In this document: in pieces, positions 29,393 through 38,963 of the stretch
Numbering within the stretch: the stretch's first letter is position 1
Layout: every line of letters starts with the position of its first letter
NCBI GenBank assembly: GCA_963677595.1
Contig: OY782041.1
Location: forward strand, 1,152,001-1,216,000
Origin: Spirochaetia bacterium
GTDB taxonomy: Bacteria > Spirochaetota > Spirochaetia > CAKZLE01
Reading direction: 5' to 3'
Length of the DNA stretch: 64,000 nt
The notes under the pieces: generated by a model
Seen by the model: only the letters and a program-made list of their open reading frames with translations
Database searches by the model: none
What the model was told of the DNA's origin: nothing
Translations under genes and position numbers: made by a program

Positions 29393-30261
29393 ATGGTATT
29401 CCCCTCGCTGTCGATCTCTATATGAACCTTCCGGTCCGCCCAGCAGTTGATGCTCACAGCTACCGGCAGCCCTGCTATATGGGTGGCCTCTTCTTCGATC
29501 ATCAGGCCCAGAGCAGTGATCTTCCCTCCAAGGCCTCCTGACCCGATCCCGATCCCCTGGACCTTTTCCAGGACTGACCGCTCGAGTTCAGCATACCGCT
29601 CGTCCGGATTGGCTGAGCCGATCTCCCGCAGCAGTGCCCGTTTTGATAGGAGGGCTGCCCGGTCGGATGTGCCCCCGATCCCCACGCCCACGACGATAGG
29701 GGGACAGGGCTTGCCGCCTGCCTTCTTGATGACCGAGAGGATCGCCTCCTCCACCCCGGCAGCCCCGGTGGTCGGGTTGAGCATGGCAAGGCCTGAGCAG
29801 TTCTCACTGCCGAACCCCTTCATGAGGAGGTGTATGGAGATGGTGTTCCCCGGCACTGATTCGATATAGGAGATGAGCGGCAGGTTGTTCCCCGTGTTGA
29901 CCCGTTCGAAGACCGGTTCGGTGACCACTGACTTCCTGAAGGAGCCGTCTTCATAGGCCCTCTCAGCCCCCTTCTCGACTGCCTTCTTGATCCTGCCGAC
30001 CGGGAGGCAGAGGTCCTCCCCGATATCGATGAACGCCATCACCATCCCGGTGTCCTGGCACATCGGCAGGCGGGTTCGCTTTGCGGTCTCGAGGTTCTCG
30101 AGGATGCGCTTCAGTACCACTGCCCCGCTGGCTGCAGGGTCCTCCTGCTGTACAGCAGTCTGCAGTGCCTGCATGACATCACCGGCAAGCTCGACACCGG
30201 CTTCCCGCAATCCCCGGTAGACCACCTCTTCTATTCGTGAACTCATTTCCCTGCTCATCAT
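29389..30261 (-). CDS. class I fumarate hydratase / Fe-S hydro-lyase, alpha subunit
   Basis: PMCQDTG, KGFGSEN, KPCPP, HIAGLPVAV.INCW; start placed at ATG 30261. Confidence 0.92.
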   Translation of the reverse strand: MMSREMSSRIEEVVYRGLREAGVELAGDVMQALQTAVQQEDPAASGAVVLKRILENLETAKRTRLPMCQDTGMVMAFIDIGEDLCLPVGRIKKAVEKGAERAYEDGSFRKSVVTEPVFERVNTGNNLPLISYIESVPGNTISIHLLMKGFGSENCSGLAMLNPTTGAAGVEEAILSVIKKAGGKPCPPIVVGVGIGGTSDRAALLSKRALLREIGSANPDERYAELERSVLEKVQGIGIGSGGLGGKITALGLMIEEEATHIAGLPVAVSINCWADRKVHIEIDSEGNTI

Positions 30262-30368
30262 GCTGTCAATATAACGATTTTCCGCTCCAGGTAAAAGATA
30301 TCTCTTGATGTATTGGACCATTCTTATGATAATAGGGGGTAATCAACCACGGTGAGAGGAGACCCATC

Positions 30369-30713
30369 ATGACCTTACAGGAAGTACTGGATTGCATAGA
30401 CGGAACTGCCGTATGCGGCAGCGAGCAGCTTGACCGGACCGTCCAGCTGGGGTTTGCCTCCGACCTCATGAGCGAGGTACTCACCCTGCTCGACGATGAC
30501 ATCCTGCTGATCACGGGCTTGTCGAACATCCAGTCGATCAGGACCGCCGAGATGTCCGATATATCACAGATCCTCTTCGTCCGCGGGAAGGTCCCGACCC
30601 CGCAGATGGTCAGCCTGGCTGAGGAGAACGGCATCGTACTCATGACCACGAAGTATTCCATGTTCCGTGCCAGCTACCTTCTTCACCATGCGGGGCTGAA
30701 TCCTGTCTACTAG
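30369..30713 (+). CDS. DRTGG-domain protein
   Basis: ASDLMSEVL, LLITGL.N.QSIRTAEMSD, FVRGK. Confidence 0.85.
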   Translation: MTLQEVLDCIDGTAVCGSEQLDRTVQLGFASDLMSEVLTLLDDDILLITGLSNIQSIRTAEMSDISQILFVRGKVPTPQMVSLAEENGIVLMTTKYSMFRASYLLHHAGLNPVY

Positions 30714-30727
30714 GATCAGATGAACCC

Positions 30728-31147
30728 ATGAAGAAGACGTATGCCATACCATCAGGTGATTTCTCCCATGCAGGCCAGGCCTCGAGTGAGATCAAGAGCC
30801 TCCTGAAACAGCTGAACATCCCCCCGAGGATCATCAAGAGGGTCGTCGTGGCCCTCTACGAGGCAGAGGTGAATGTCGTCGCCCACTCGCTCGGCGGAAC
30901 GGTTTCCTGCGAGATCTGCCCAGACCATATCCAGGTCACCGTAGCCGATAGGGGGCCTGGCATCCCCGATGTGGATCTTGCCATGTCCGAGGGCTACTCC
31001 ACCGCATCGCCTGAAGTACGGGAGATGGGGTTCGGGGCTGGGATGGGACTACCGAACATCAAGAACAATACCGATGACCTCACCATCGACACATCGCCTG
31101 AAGGGACGGTCATCTCCATGCACATCTCCTTCTCAGGAGCTGAGTGA
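30728..31147 (+). CDS. anti-sigma-factor-like Ser/Thr kinase (RsbT/RsbW family)
   Basis: YEAEVNVV.H, DRGPGIPDV..AM.EGYST, GFGAGMGLPN. Confidence 0.9.
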   Translation: MKKTYAIPSGDFSHAGQASSEIKSLLKQLNIPPRIIKRVVVALYEAEVNVVAHSLGGTVSCEICPDHIQVTVADRGPGIPDVDLAMSEGYSTASPEVREMGFGAGMGLPNIKNNTDDLTIDTSPEGTVISMHISFSGAE

Positions 31148-32469
31148 TGACCTCCCACCACGTCCTGACAGTCAGGGAGGATATCTGCCGGGGCTGTACC
31201 AGGTGCATGAGGAACTGCCCGACCGAGGCGATCCGCCTCATCCACGGGAAGGCCCATGTCCAACCCGAGAAGTGCATCGACTGCGGGCAGTGCATGGATG
31301 CCTGTCCCTACTCCGCCATCGTCGTGGAACAGGATGACTTCGAGAAGATCCTCGACTACAACTACCGGGTCGTCATCCTCCCCTCAGTCTTCATCGGCCA
31401 GTTCGCCGACGACATCCCGGAACGGTACATCTACCAGTCCCTGATGGACATCGGGTTCAACGAGGTCTACGAGGCCGAGTTCGGCGTCGATATCCTCAAG
31501 ACCATCGGGAACCGGTTCAGCACCTACGCTGATGAGAAACCGGTCATCTCCTCCTACTGCCCGGCGGTCGTGCGACTCATCCAGATCAAGTACCCGACCC
31601 TGGTACGGAACATCAACCTGCTCAGGCCGCCGGTCGAGATCACGGCCATGTACATCAGGAAGAAGCTCATCGACCGCGGGATGGACCCGGAGGAGTTCGG
31701 GATCTTCTATGTGACCCCCTGCGTCGCCAAGATCGCACAGATCAAGTCACCCGAGCAGACCCATAACCGCGACATCTTCAACGGGGTCATCAACCTCGAT
31801 TATATCTATAACCTCGTCCAGCGGAACATCTCGAGGAACCGGAAGAAGCTTGCCGAGACCTCGGCAGAGACACCGATCCCCCCGCTCACACCCGAGGCAG
31901 GGTTATGGAGCCTTACCACCGGGGAGTGCAGCACGGTCTCAGGCAGGACCCTCGCAGTCGACGAGATACACAACGTGATCGAGTTCCTGGAGAAGCTTGA
32001 GAATGATGAGGTATCGAACATCGACTTCCTCGAACTCCGGGCATGTGCCGAGGGGTGTGCAGGAGGGGTATTAAACCCGGGAAACCGGTTCCTGGCCAAG
32101 GAACGGCTGGTCCACAGGTCCGGGAGCATGAAGGAGATCACCAGTGCCCAGGAGAGGCTGATCATGGACAAAGCGCCCCACCTCTCCCGCCTCATCAAGC
32201 GGGACCGTATCGAGGCGAAGCCTGTCTCACAGCTCGATGATGACATCACGAAGGCACTGGAGAAGATGGAGCGGTATGAGAAGATCCTGAAAGCCCTGCC
32301 GGGCATCGACTGCGGTCTCTGCGGCGCACCCTCCTGTTCTGCCCTGGCAGAGGATATCTCAAAGGGGACAGCGGACATGCGGCAATGCGCCGTACTCAGA
32401 CTGAGGAACGTCGTGGACAGACAGACGATCAAGAAGATCTGGGGAGATTCACTGAACCCTTCAGACTAG
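31144..32469 (+). CDS. sensory-type [FeFe]-hydrogenase-like Fe-S protein
   Basis: 2x[4Fe-4S] N-terminus, H-domain motifs SSYCP / TPCVAK / ELRAC.EGC.GG, C-terminal LPGIDCGLCGAPSC Fe-S module. Confidence 0.85.
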   Translation: MMTSHHVLTVREDICRGCTRCMRNCPTEAIRLIHGKAHVQPEKCIDCGQCMDACPYSAIVVEQDDFEKILDYNYRVVILPSVFIGQFADDIPERYIYQSLMDIGFNEVYEAEFGVDILKTIGNRFSTYADEKPVISSYCPAVVRLIQIKYPTLVRNINLLRPPVEITAMYIRKKLIDRGMDPEEFGIFYVTPCVAKIAQIKSPEQTHNRDIFNGVINLDYIYNLVQRNISRNRKKLAETSAETPIPPLTPEAGLWSLTTGECSTVSGRTLAVDEIHNVIEFLEKLENDEVSNIDFLELRACAEGCAGGVLNPGNRFLAKERLVHRSGSMKEITSAQERLIMDKAPHLSRLIKRDRIEAKPVSQLDDDITKALEKMERYEKILKALPGIDCGLCGAPSCSALAEDISKGTADMRQCAVLRLRNVVDRQTIKKIWGDSLNPSD

Positions 32470-32471
32470 CC

Positions 32472-35435
32472 CTACAGCGGGAGTTTCTTCCCCTCGAGCA
32501 GCACCTCCGGCAGATCCCCACGGTCCTTATCGAGCATATCCTGGCTGCAGAGCAGTACGACAGACGAAAGCTCGTCCATCCTGTTCAGCAGGCGCTTCGC
32601 TGCCAGCATGATACTCTGGCCGTCCGCGGCAAGCAGCTGTTCCCGACGCTGCTCCCTCAGTTCGTCTGTCACGCCGTAGATACGTCTCCGGAACCCGATC
32701 ATGCTCTTCTCCGATGGGGAGAGCGGCCTGACGTCCTTGCCGACCAGGGCGATCACCGAGAGTTCCACGAGTTCATCGTCTACCGCACCCTCCGCGATCT
32801 TCACGAGTCCTGAACGGTAATCAGCGAGCGTCTTCGCAAGCCGCGGGTCACGGTAGGAGGAGAAGGAGGCGATATGCTCCATGATATCGACTGAGGCAGA
32901 GGCACCGTAGGCTCCGCCGACCACCCTGATAGAATCCCAGAACAGGCTCGTGCGCAGGATGTGGGTGAGGACTGACTCATGGACCTGCTGGGCTGTACCG
33001 AACGGGGAGGCAGGGATGACCTGTGCCGTGAAGGAGACATGGGCAGGGATGAGGAAGGTCTCCCCGATGAAGGGGCTCTCGTTCTCAGTTTCACCCTCGG
33101 CAGCAGGGATCGCTTCCTCAGAAGATGTGCCCCCTGGGAAGTCCCTGACCATGTTCCCGATCTGTCCCTTGAACGTTTCTACGTACTCTTCCTCGCAGGT
33201 CAGGTTCAGTGTCATCCTGGCCTTTACGATGATATGGTCCCTGATCTCCCCGAGGCTGTCGGCGATCCTGAGCATAGCCTCATCGTCCTTGAGGTCGATC
33301 CCGGTATTGAAGAACCACTGCCCGAACCCTTTCCAGGCATCTTCCTGGGCAGCAGCAGGGCTCATGGCGGCTGCCGCCCGCAGGGATGCATAATGGGAAC
33401 CGGAGGGGATGATGCTCGTGGCGAAGTCACTGCGCTGTTCGAGCAGGATGTCCCGGATCCTCTTCACGTCCTGCAGTTCCGCAGTCAGGAGGATCCTGCT
33501 GACCAGGGAGAGGGCTTCTTCCACATCCTCGGTAAGCATCTTCACCCGGCAGATCAGGAGGCGTTTCGGCAGGTCCGAGACCGCCTCGAGCCTGCAGGAG
33601 AACCCGCCGGTGATCCCCGCCAGCATCCTGGAGACCTCATCATACGAGTGTCCCGGGATCCCGGTCATATAGATGAGGCGGCTGAAGAGGGGGAGCAGCT
33701 CCATGAGCTCTTCCGGGAGCCCGCCTACATCGAAGACCAGGTCGAGGTAGGAGACACCGTTGGTGAACATCACTTGCCGGAAACAGGGTATGGAGTCGAT
33801 CTCATCCTCCACCAACTCGAGCCTGCTGATCTCAAGCGGCAGGTCGTCCCGTATGAGTCTCGGTATCTTCGCAAGATCCTCAGGGGCCTCCTCTGCCTGC
33901 TGGAACTCCTCGAAGAGCCTCTGTTCCTGTGCGAGGGACTTCAGCTCCTTCTTTGACAGCTTCCCCACCATCGCATCTAGCCGCTTCTTCAACTCCTGCT
34001 CGAAGGCCCTGTTATGGTCCTTAGCCGGAGTCACCGTCACGACGGACCGATGGGGGTTTGCCAGGATGTGATCTGTGATCCACTGTTCCAGGTAGCCGGC
34101 GGGCTCCCTGCAGGATGCGATCAGGTCCTTGAGGCGGTGCATGACCGGCTCGAAGACCAGGGTATCCTCAGGGGCGAGCCCATGGAGCCAGCCCCGGACC
34201 AGCCGGGTCATGACCCGCAGTCCCTCCGGGATGCCTCCCCGGATCTCACGCTGCTGGAACTCGATCCGGTGGATTGCCTGGTCGATGAGTTCTCCCGGGA
34301 TCCCTTCTGCGGAGAGTCTCTCAAGCTCGTTCTGTATCAGTGCCTCGAAGGCTTCGCGCTGCTCCGGGTCGGTTCCCCTGATACCCACGGTGAACACGAT
34401 ATTCCTGAAGTCGGAGTCCATCCCGCTGATCGAAGCGATGTCACTGCCGAGTCCCGACTCGATGATCGCCTTGTACAGTGGTGCCCCGGGGTTGCCGAGA
34501 AGGATCTCCACCAGCAGTTCCATCGTCATGACATCCAGGGGGTCCTGGATGGAACAGACGACCGAGTTGATGGTGATCGTAGATTTCCCTTCGGGACTCT
34601 CCTCCTCGAGCAGCGGGCTGGTATACTCATACCGCACCGGCTTGTCCCAGGGTTTCGGGTCTGGAACGGCATGGTTCAGCTTGATAGCCGTGAACTCCTT
34701 GAGGTACCCCTCCTCGAGGAAGAGGAGCTGCTCCTCTACCGGGATGTCCCCGTAGAGGTAGACCTTCCCGTTCGAGGGGTGGTAGAACTCCGCATGGAAG
34801 CCGGTGAACTGCTCATAGGTCAGGTTGACGATCTCCAGGGGATCCCCTCCCGAGTCATACCCGTAGGGCGTGTCGGGAAAGAGCGAGCGGATCGAGTGTT
34901 CTGCGACGATGGAATCATGGTCGGAGTAGGAACCCTTCATCTCGTTGAAGACGATCCCGTCATATGAGAAGTTCCCCTTCTGGTCCTGGGTCACCCTGAT
35001 GCCCTCCTGCTTGAAGGTCCCCTTGCGCAGCAGGGGGAAGAACACCGCATCGGCATAGACGGAGAGGAGGTTGTAGAAATCCTTCTTCACCGGCGAGGCT
35101 GCCGGATAGAGGGTCTTGTCCGGGTAGGTCATGGCATTGAGGAACGTATTGGCACTCCCCTTCATCAGCTCAAGGAAGGGGTCCTTCGTGGGGTATCGCC
35201 GTGATCCCGCGAGTACTGAGTGCTCTATGATGTGGGGCGTCCCGCTGCTGTTCTTGGGCGGTGTCTTGAAGATGAACCCGAAGACGTTCTCCGGATCATC
35301 ATTGGCTATCTTATAGAGCTCCAGGCCAGTCGCGTCATGGCGGAACAGGTACCCTGTTCCATGCTGTTCAGGCAGTTCCTTCTTTGATACCAGGGTGAAA
35401 CCATGCAGATCGTCACCGGTGTTGAGTCCGGACAT
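32472..35435 (-). CDS. M16C (presequence protease / insulinase family) zinc metallopeptidase
   Basis: HIIEH inverzincin motif, FLNAMTYPDKTLYP, GIVFNEMKG, IRVVGGAYG, SYRDP; start placed at 35435 behind GGAGGAGG. Confidence 0.92.
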   Translation of the reverse strand: MSGLNTGDDLHGFTLVSKKELPEQHGTGYLFRHDATGLELYKIANDDPENVFGFIFKTPPKNSSGTPHIIEHSVLAGSRRYPTKDPFLELMKGSANTFLNAMTYPDKTLYPAASPVKKDFYNLLSVYADAVFFPLLRKGTFKQEGIRVTQDQKGNFSYDGIVFNEMKGSYSDHDSIVAEHSIRSLFPDTPYGYDSGGDPLEIVNLTYEQFTGFHAEFYHPSNGKVYLYGDIPVEEQLLFLEEGYLKEFTAIKLNHAVPDPKPWDKPVRYEYTSPLLEEESPEGKSTITINSVVCSIQDPLDVMTMELLVEILLGNPGAPLYKAIIESGLGSDIASISGMDSDFRNIVFTVGIRGTDPEQREAFEALIQNELERLSAEGIPGELIDQAIHRIEFQQREIRGGIPEGLRVMTRLVRGWLHGLAPEDTLVFEPVMHRLKDLIASCREPAGYLEQWITDHILANPHRSVVTVTPAKDHNRAFEQELKKRLDAMVGKLSKKELKSLAQEQRLFEEFQQAEEAPEDLAKIPRLIRDDLPLEISRLELVEDEIDSIPCFRQVMFTNGVSYLDLVFDVGGLPEELMELLPLFSRLIYMTGIPGHSYDEVSRMLAGITGGFSCRLEAVSDLPKRLLICRVKMLTEDVEEALSLVSRILLTAELQDVKRIRDILLEQRSDFATSIIPSGSHYASLRAAAAMSPAAAQEDAWKGFGQWFFNTGIDLKDDEAMLRIADSLGEIRDHIIVKARMTLNLTCEEEYVETFKGQIGNMVRDFPGGTSSEEAIPAAEGETENESPFIGETFLIPAHVSFTAQVIPASPFGTAQQVHESVLTHILRTSLFWDSIRVVGGAYGASASVDIMEHIASFSSYRDPRLAKTLADYRSGLVKIAEGAVDDELVELSVIALVGKDVRPLSPSEKSMIGFRRRIYGVTDELREQRREQLLAADGQSIMLAAKRLLNRMDELSSVVLLCSQDMLDKDRGDLPEVLLEGKKLPL

Positions 35436-35562
35436 AAAACCTCCTCCCAAGACCAATTCAGCTCAGTATATGCGAGTATACCTGCCTTGTACAGAGGCTG
35501 AAGGGGGAATCGGGTACCGGCGACCTTGCGCAAGGGGAAACGGTTCTGGTAGTATGCAGGAC

Positions 35563-36552
35563 ATGGATAGAGAGACCATGCGGGAACGCAGCCGGATGTA
35601 CGGCAGGATACGACAGTTCTTTGACGACCGGGATTACGTGGAGGTGGATACCCCCATCCTCTCGGAGACCCTGATCCCCGAATCGACCATCTCCTGTTTC
35701 GCGACCAGCTTCACGAGCGAGTTCCATCACTCCAGGGACTACTACCTCATACCGTCTCCCGAGATCCATATGAAGCGACTGATCGGTGAAGGCTACGGGA
35801 ACATCTACCAGATCACGAAATGTTTCAGGAATGCCGAGCAGATCGGCAGCCAGCACAACCCGGAGTTCTCCATGCTCGAGTGGTATACGGTAGGCGAAGA
35901 CTCTCATGACGCGATCACGATCACCGAGGAGCTGATACAGGCGGTCTCCACTTCCAACACACCGGAGCACGTGAGGGCCCCCTTCGAACGCATGACGGTC
36001 GCAGAGGCCTTCTTCAGGCATACCGGGATCGATCTGGATACCGTACAGGCCCCTTCTGCGATGCGGGCGGCCCTGAAACATCTCGGCCTTCAGGAGAGCC
36101 GGGTGCCGGAGAGCTGGGAGGATATGTTCAACCGGATCTTCCTTACCCTGGTCGAGCCGAACCTCCCTGCCGACCACCCGGTCGTCCTCACTGAGTACCC
36201 GATACAGATCCGGTGCCTGGCTAAGCCGGTCAAGGGGACTCCCTACCGGGACCGCTGGGAGCTCTATATCGCGGGGGTGGAGCTTGCCAACTGCTACACG
36301 GAGATGACCGACGGCGAGGCGGTGAGGGCCTGCTTCACCGAGGAGTATGCCCGGCTCTCAACCGAGCGGGCCGTGACGGGGGAGACCATCCCCGATATAG
36401 ACGATGCGTATTATTCCATCTTTGACGGATCCTATCCTGAATGTTCCGGGGTCGCGATGGGACTGGACAGGCTTTTCATGGCATTACACTCCATTAAGAC
36501 TATTCAGGGGGTGATTTTATTTCCATTCTCTGATACAATCGGCAGGCGCTAG
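35563..36552 (+). CDS. epmA: EF-P--(R)-beta-lysine ligase
   Basis: LysRS catalytic domain without anticodon domain: EVDTP, PSPEIHMKRL, FRNAE..HNPEFSMLEWY, GVAMGLDRL; next to efp. Confidence 0.92.
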   Translation: MDRETMRERSRMYGRIRQFFDDRDYVEVDTPILSETLIPESTISCFATSFTSEFHHSRDYYLIPSPEIHMKRLIGEGYGNIYQITKCFRNAEQIGSQHNPEFSMLEWYTVGEDSHDAITITEELIQAVSTSNTPEHVRAPFERMTVAEAFFRHTGIDLDTVQAPSAMRAALKHLGLQESRVPESWEDMFNRIFLTLVEPNLPADHPVVLTEYPIQIRCLAKPVKGTPYRDRWELYIAGVELANCYTEMTDGEAVRACFTEEYARLSTERAVTGETIPDIDDAYYSIFDGSYPECSGVAMGLDRLFMALHSIKTIQGVILFPFSDTIGRR

Positions 36553-36673
36553 GTCTTCTACAGTCAACAAGCAGCAGCGTACACACGAATCTCTCATGGA
36601 CTGCTTTTTTAAGGTCCTGTGCCCCTGCGCGGGTAGAATTCGTTAATATTATAAGGTTTTTAAGAGGTGACTA

Positions 36674-37237
36674 ATGATTAAAGCAGGTCAGATTGAGAAA
36701 GGGATGGCACTCCTCGTGAAGGGACAGCCGTTCATCGTCGTAGAACGTGACTTCGTCAATCCCGGAAAGGGATCCGCATTCGCCAGGGTGAAGATGAAGA
36801 GCCCGACTACCGGACAGGTACTCAGGGAGACGATCAAGACCCAGGATTCAGTCGAGGACATCATGGTGGAGGACAAGGACTGCCAGTATCTCTATAATGA
36901 TGGTGAGTCATACCACTTCATGGATAATGACACCTTCGAGCAGTTCGAGATCCCGATGGCATCGTTCCCCGACTACCAGGTGCTCATGAAGGACGGGGAG
37001 ACCTACCGGGTCACTATGTGGGAGTCGAAACCGCTGAACATCGTCATCCCCTACAAAGTCGTCTATGAGGTAGCCGTAGCTGAGGACGCCATCAAGGGTG
37101 ATACCGTCCAGGGAGCATCCAAGGTCGTCGAGACCGAGACCGGCCTGAAGGTCAAGGTACCGATCTTCATCAAGCAGGGAGAGAAGATCCTCGTGAACAC
37201 CGAGACACGGGAGTATCTTGAACGAGTCAACAACTAG
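36674..37237 (+). CDS. efp: translation elongation factor P
   Basis: NPGKGSAF loop (Lys), KGDT, ETG..VKVPIFI..GE. Confidence 0.98.
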   Translation: MIKAGQIEKGMALLVKGQPFIVVERDFVNPGKGSAFARVKMKSPTTGQVLRETIKTQDSVEDIMVEDKDCQYLYNDGESYHFMDNDTFEQFEIPMASFPDYQVLMKDGETYRVTMWESKPLNIVIPYKVVYEVAVAEDAIKGDTVQGASKVVETETGLKVKVPIFIKQGEKILVNTETREYLERVNN

Positions 37238-37240
37238 CAG

Positions 37241-38467
37241 ATGTTAGATACACTTCTGCACAAGGAGGTCCTCTTCCGTACCCACGGGAAGGACCTCTCT
37301 TTTTCCCTGTCGATGGGGCTCTTCAGCAGTAATGACATCGACACGGGATCGATCCTGCTCATCGACGAACTCATCGCACATGCCGATATTGCCGCCATGG
37401 ACCGTGTCCTTGATGCAGGCTGCGGTGTCGGGACCCTCGGGATCACGCTCAAGGCGCTCTATCCAGGCCTTGAGGTGACCGCCACGGACCGGGATGCCCT
37501 GGCCCTCGCCGTGACAGCCCATAACGCGGAGAAGAACGGCACCCCCATCATGACCGCACCGGGCCTCGATACCCTCATCTGGGACGGGGATCACGACGGA
37601 TTCATCGGTAGTGAAGGTTCCTATGACCTGGTCATGACCAACATCCCGGCCAAGGCCGGGGCACCCGTCCTGAAGCGGTTCCTGCAGAACGGGTTGTTCC
37701 AGCTGACAGATACGGGGATCTTCGCCTTCGTCATCGTGGACACCCTTAACAGTTTTGCAGAACAGATGTGCGCAGAACTCTCATGTGAGATCATCCATAA
37801 GCATGACGGACCCCGCCATACCGTCTTCCTTCTCCGTCGAACGGAAGAGACGGTATGCCCGCTTGATACCGGATTCCCCGGAGTCTATGCCAGGTGTACC
37901 GCTGAGTTTTCCGTCGGGAAGAGTTCCTACACCCTGGATACGGCCTACAGCATACCAGGATTCGATACCGTCCCCTATGAGGCAGCTCTCGGCATGGCTA
38001 TGGCAGAGAAGCATGTCGGGACATCCCTGGCTGTATGGAACCCGGGACAGGGCCATGCAGCGGTCGGCCTCCTGAAGGAGGGCGGGGTCAGGGAGGTCTG
38101 CCTGGCAGGCAGGGACCTGCTCGCCCTGCTCATCTCCCGCCACTCTATAGCACGATATGGGAACGGGGCGACGGTATCTATCATACATACACACAGTATA
38201 ACTGAGTTTTTGTCAATATGGCATATGCCGCATTCACAACCGCAGGGATTGCTCGTCATCTTTCCCGACCCTATCCCCCTCGTCCCTTTCAGGTCTCTGG
38301 TAGAGTCCTCGTATCTTGTTGCTGAAAAGAAGGTTAATGCATCCATCATCCTTGCTTCGAAGAGCTCGGTACTCGCTCCCTTTACCAGGGGTCTGCCCGG
38401 TTTCATCCTGAAAGGATCAAAAAAGAAGAACGGGTTTCGGGCAATATTCCTACAGAATCTTTACTAA
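37241..38467 (+). CDS. class I SAM-dependent methyltransferase (RsmC/MTS-like, with degenerate second domain)
   Basis: GLFSS..IDTGS.LL, VLDAGCGVG.LG, TNIP. Confidence 0.8.
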   Translation: MLDTLLHKEVLFRTHGKDLSFSLSMGLFSSNDIDTGSILLIDELIAHADIAAMDRVLDAGCGVGTLGITLKALYPGLEVTATDRDALALAVTAHNAEKNGTPIMTAPGLDTLIWDGDHDGFIGSEGSYDLVMTNIPAKAGAPVLKRFLQNGLFQLTDTGIFAFVIVDTLNSFAEQMCAELSCEIIHKHDGPRHTVFLLRRTEETVCPLDTGFPGVYARCTAEFSVGKSSYTLDTAYSIPGFDTVPYEAALGMAMAEKHVGTSLAVWNPGQGHAAVGLLKEGGVREVCLAGRDLLALLISRHSIARYGNGATVSIIHTHSITEFLSIWHMPHSQPQGLLVIFPDPIPLVPFRSLVESSYLVAEKKVNASIILASKSSVLAPFTRGLPGFILKGSKKKNGFRAIFLQNLY

Positions 38468-38525
38468 CCGGGCTCTTTGCTTTATCATATTACTAATAAT
38501 TGAAAAGACTTAAGGGAGTTTATCC

Positions 38526-38957
38526 ATGAGAATAACCACCAAGGGGCGATATGCTCTCAGAGCGATCCTCTACCTGATCCACTGCAGCGAAGATAAACCC
38601 GTATCCATCAAGACGCTCTCCGAGCATACTCAGTTATCGCCGGAGTTCCTTGAGCAGATCTTCTTCAGGTTGAGGAAGGCGAATATCATCACCTCGACCC
38701 GGGGACCGGGCGGCGGCTTCCGGTTCGAGAAGGCTGCATCCGAGGTCTCCGTCAATGACATCTTCAATGCAGTCGATGAAGGCTACCATGTAGCACCCTG
38801 CACCGAAGAGGACCCGGAGAAGGCCATCAACTGTGAATATGCCGGGGATTGTGTTGCCTGCGACTTCTGGCAGTATACCAACGACATCTTCATCGAGTAC
38901 TTCTCTACCATCTCCCTGCAGGATGTCCTCGACAAGAACTTCCCCAACCTGAGATAA
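38526..38957 (+). CDS. Rrf2-family transcriptional regulator
   Basis: MRITTKGRYALR, FLEQIF, STRGPGGGF; Cys-rich C-terminal segment. Confidence 0.92.
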   Translation: MRITTKGRYALRAILYLIHCSEDKPVSIKTLSEHTQLSPEFLEQIFFRLRKANIITSTRGPGGGFRFEKAASEVSVNDIFNAVDEGYHVAPCTEEDPEKAINCEYAGDCVACDFWQYTNDIFIEYFSTISLQDVLDKNFPNLR

Positions 38958-38963
38958 CCACCT

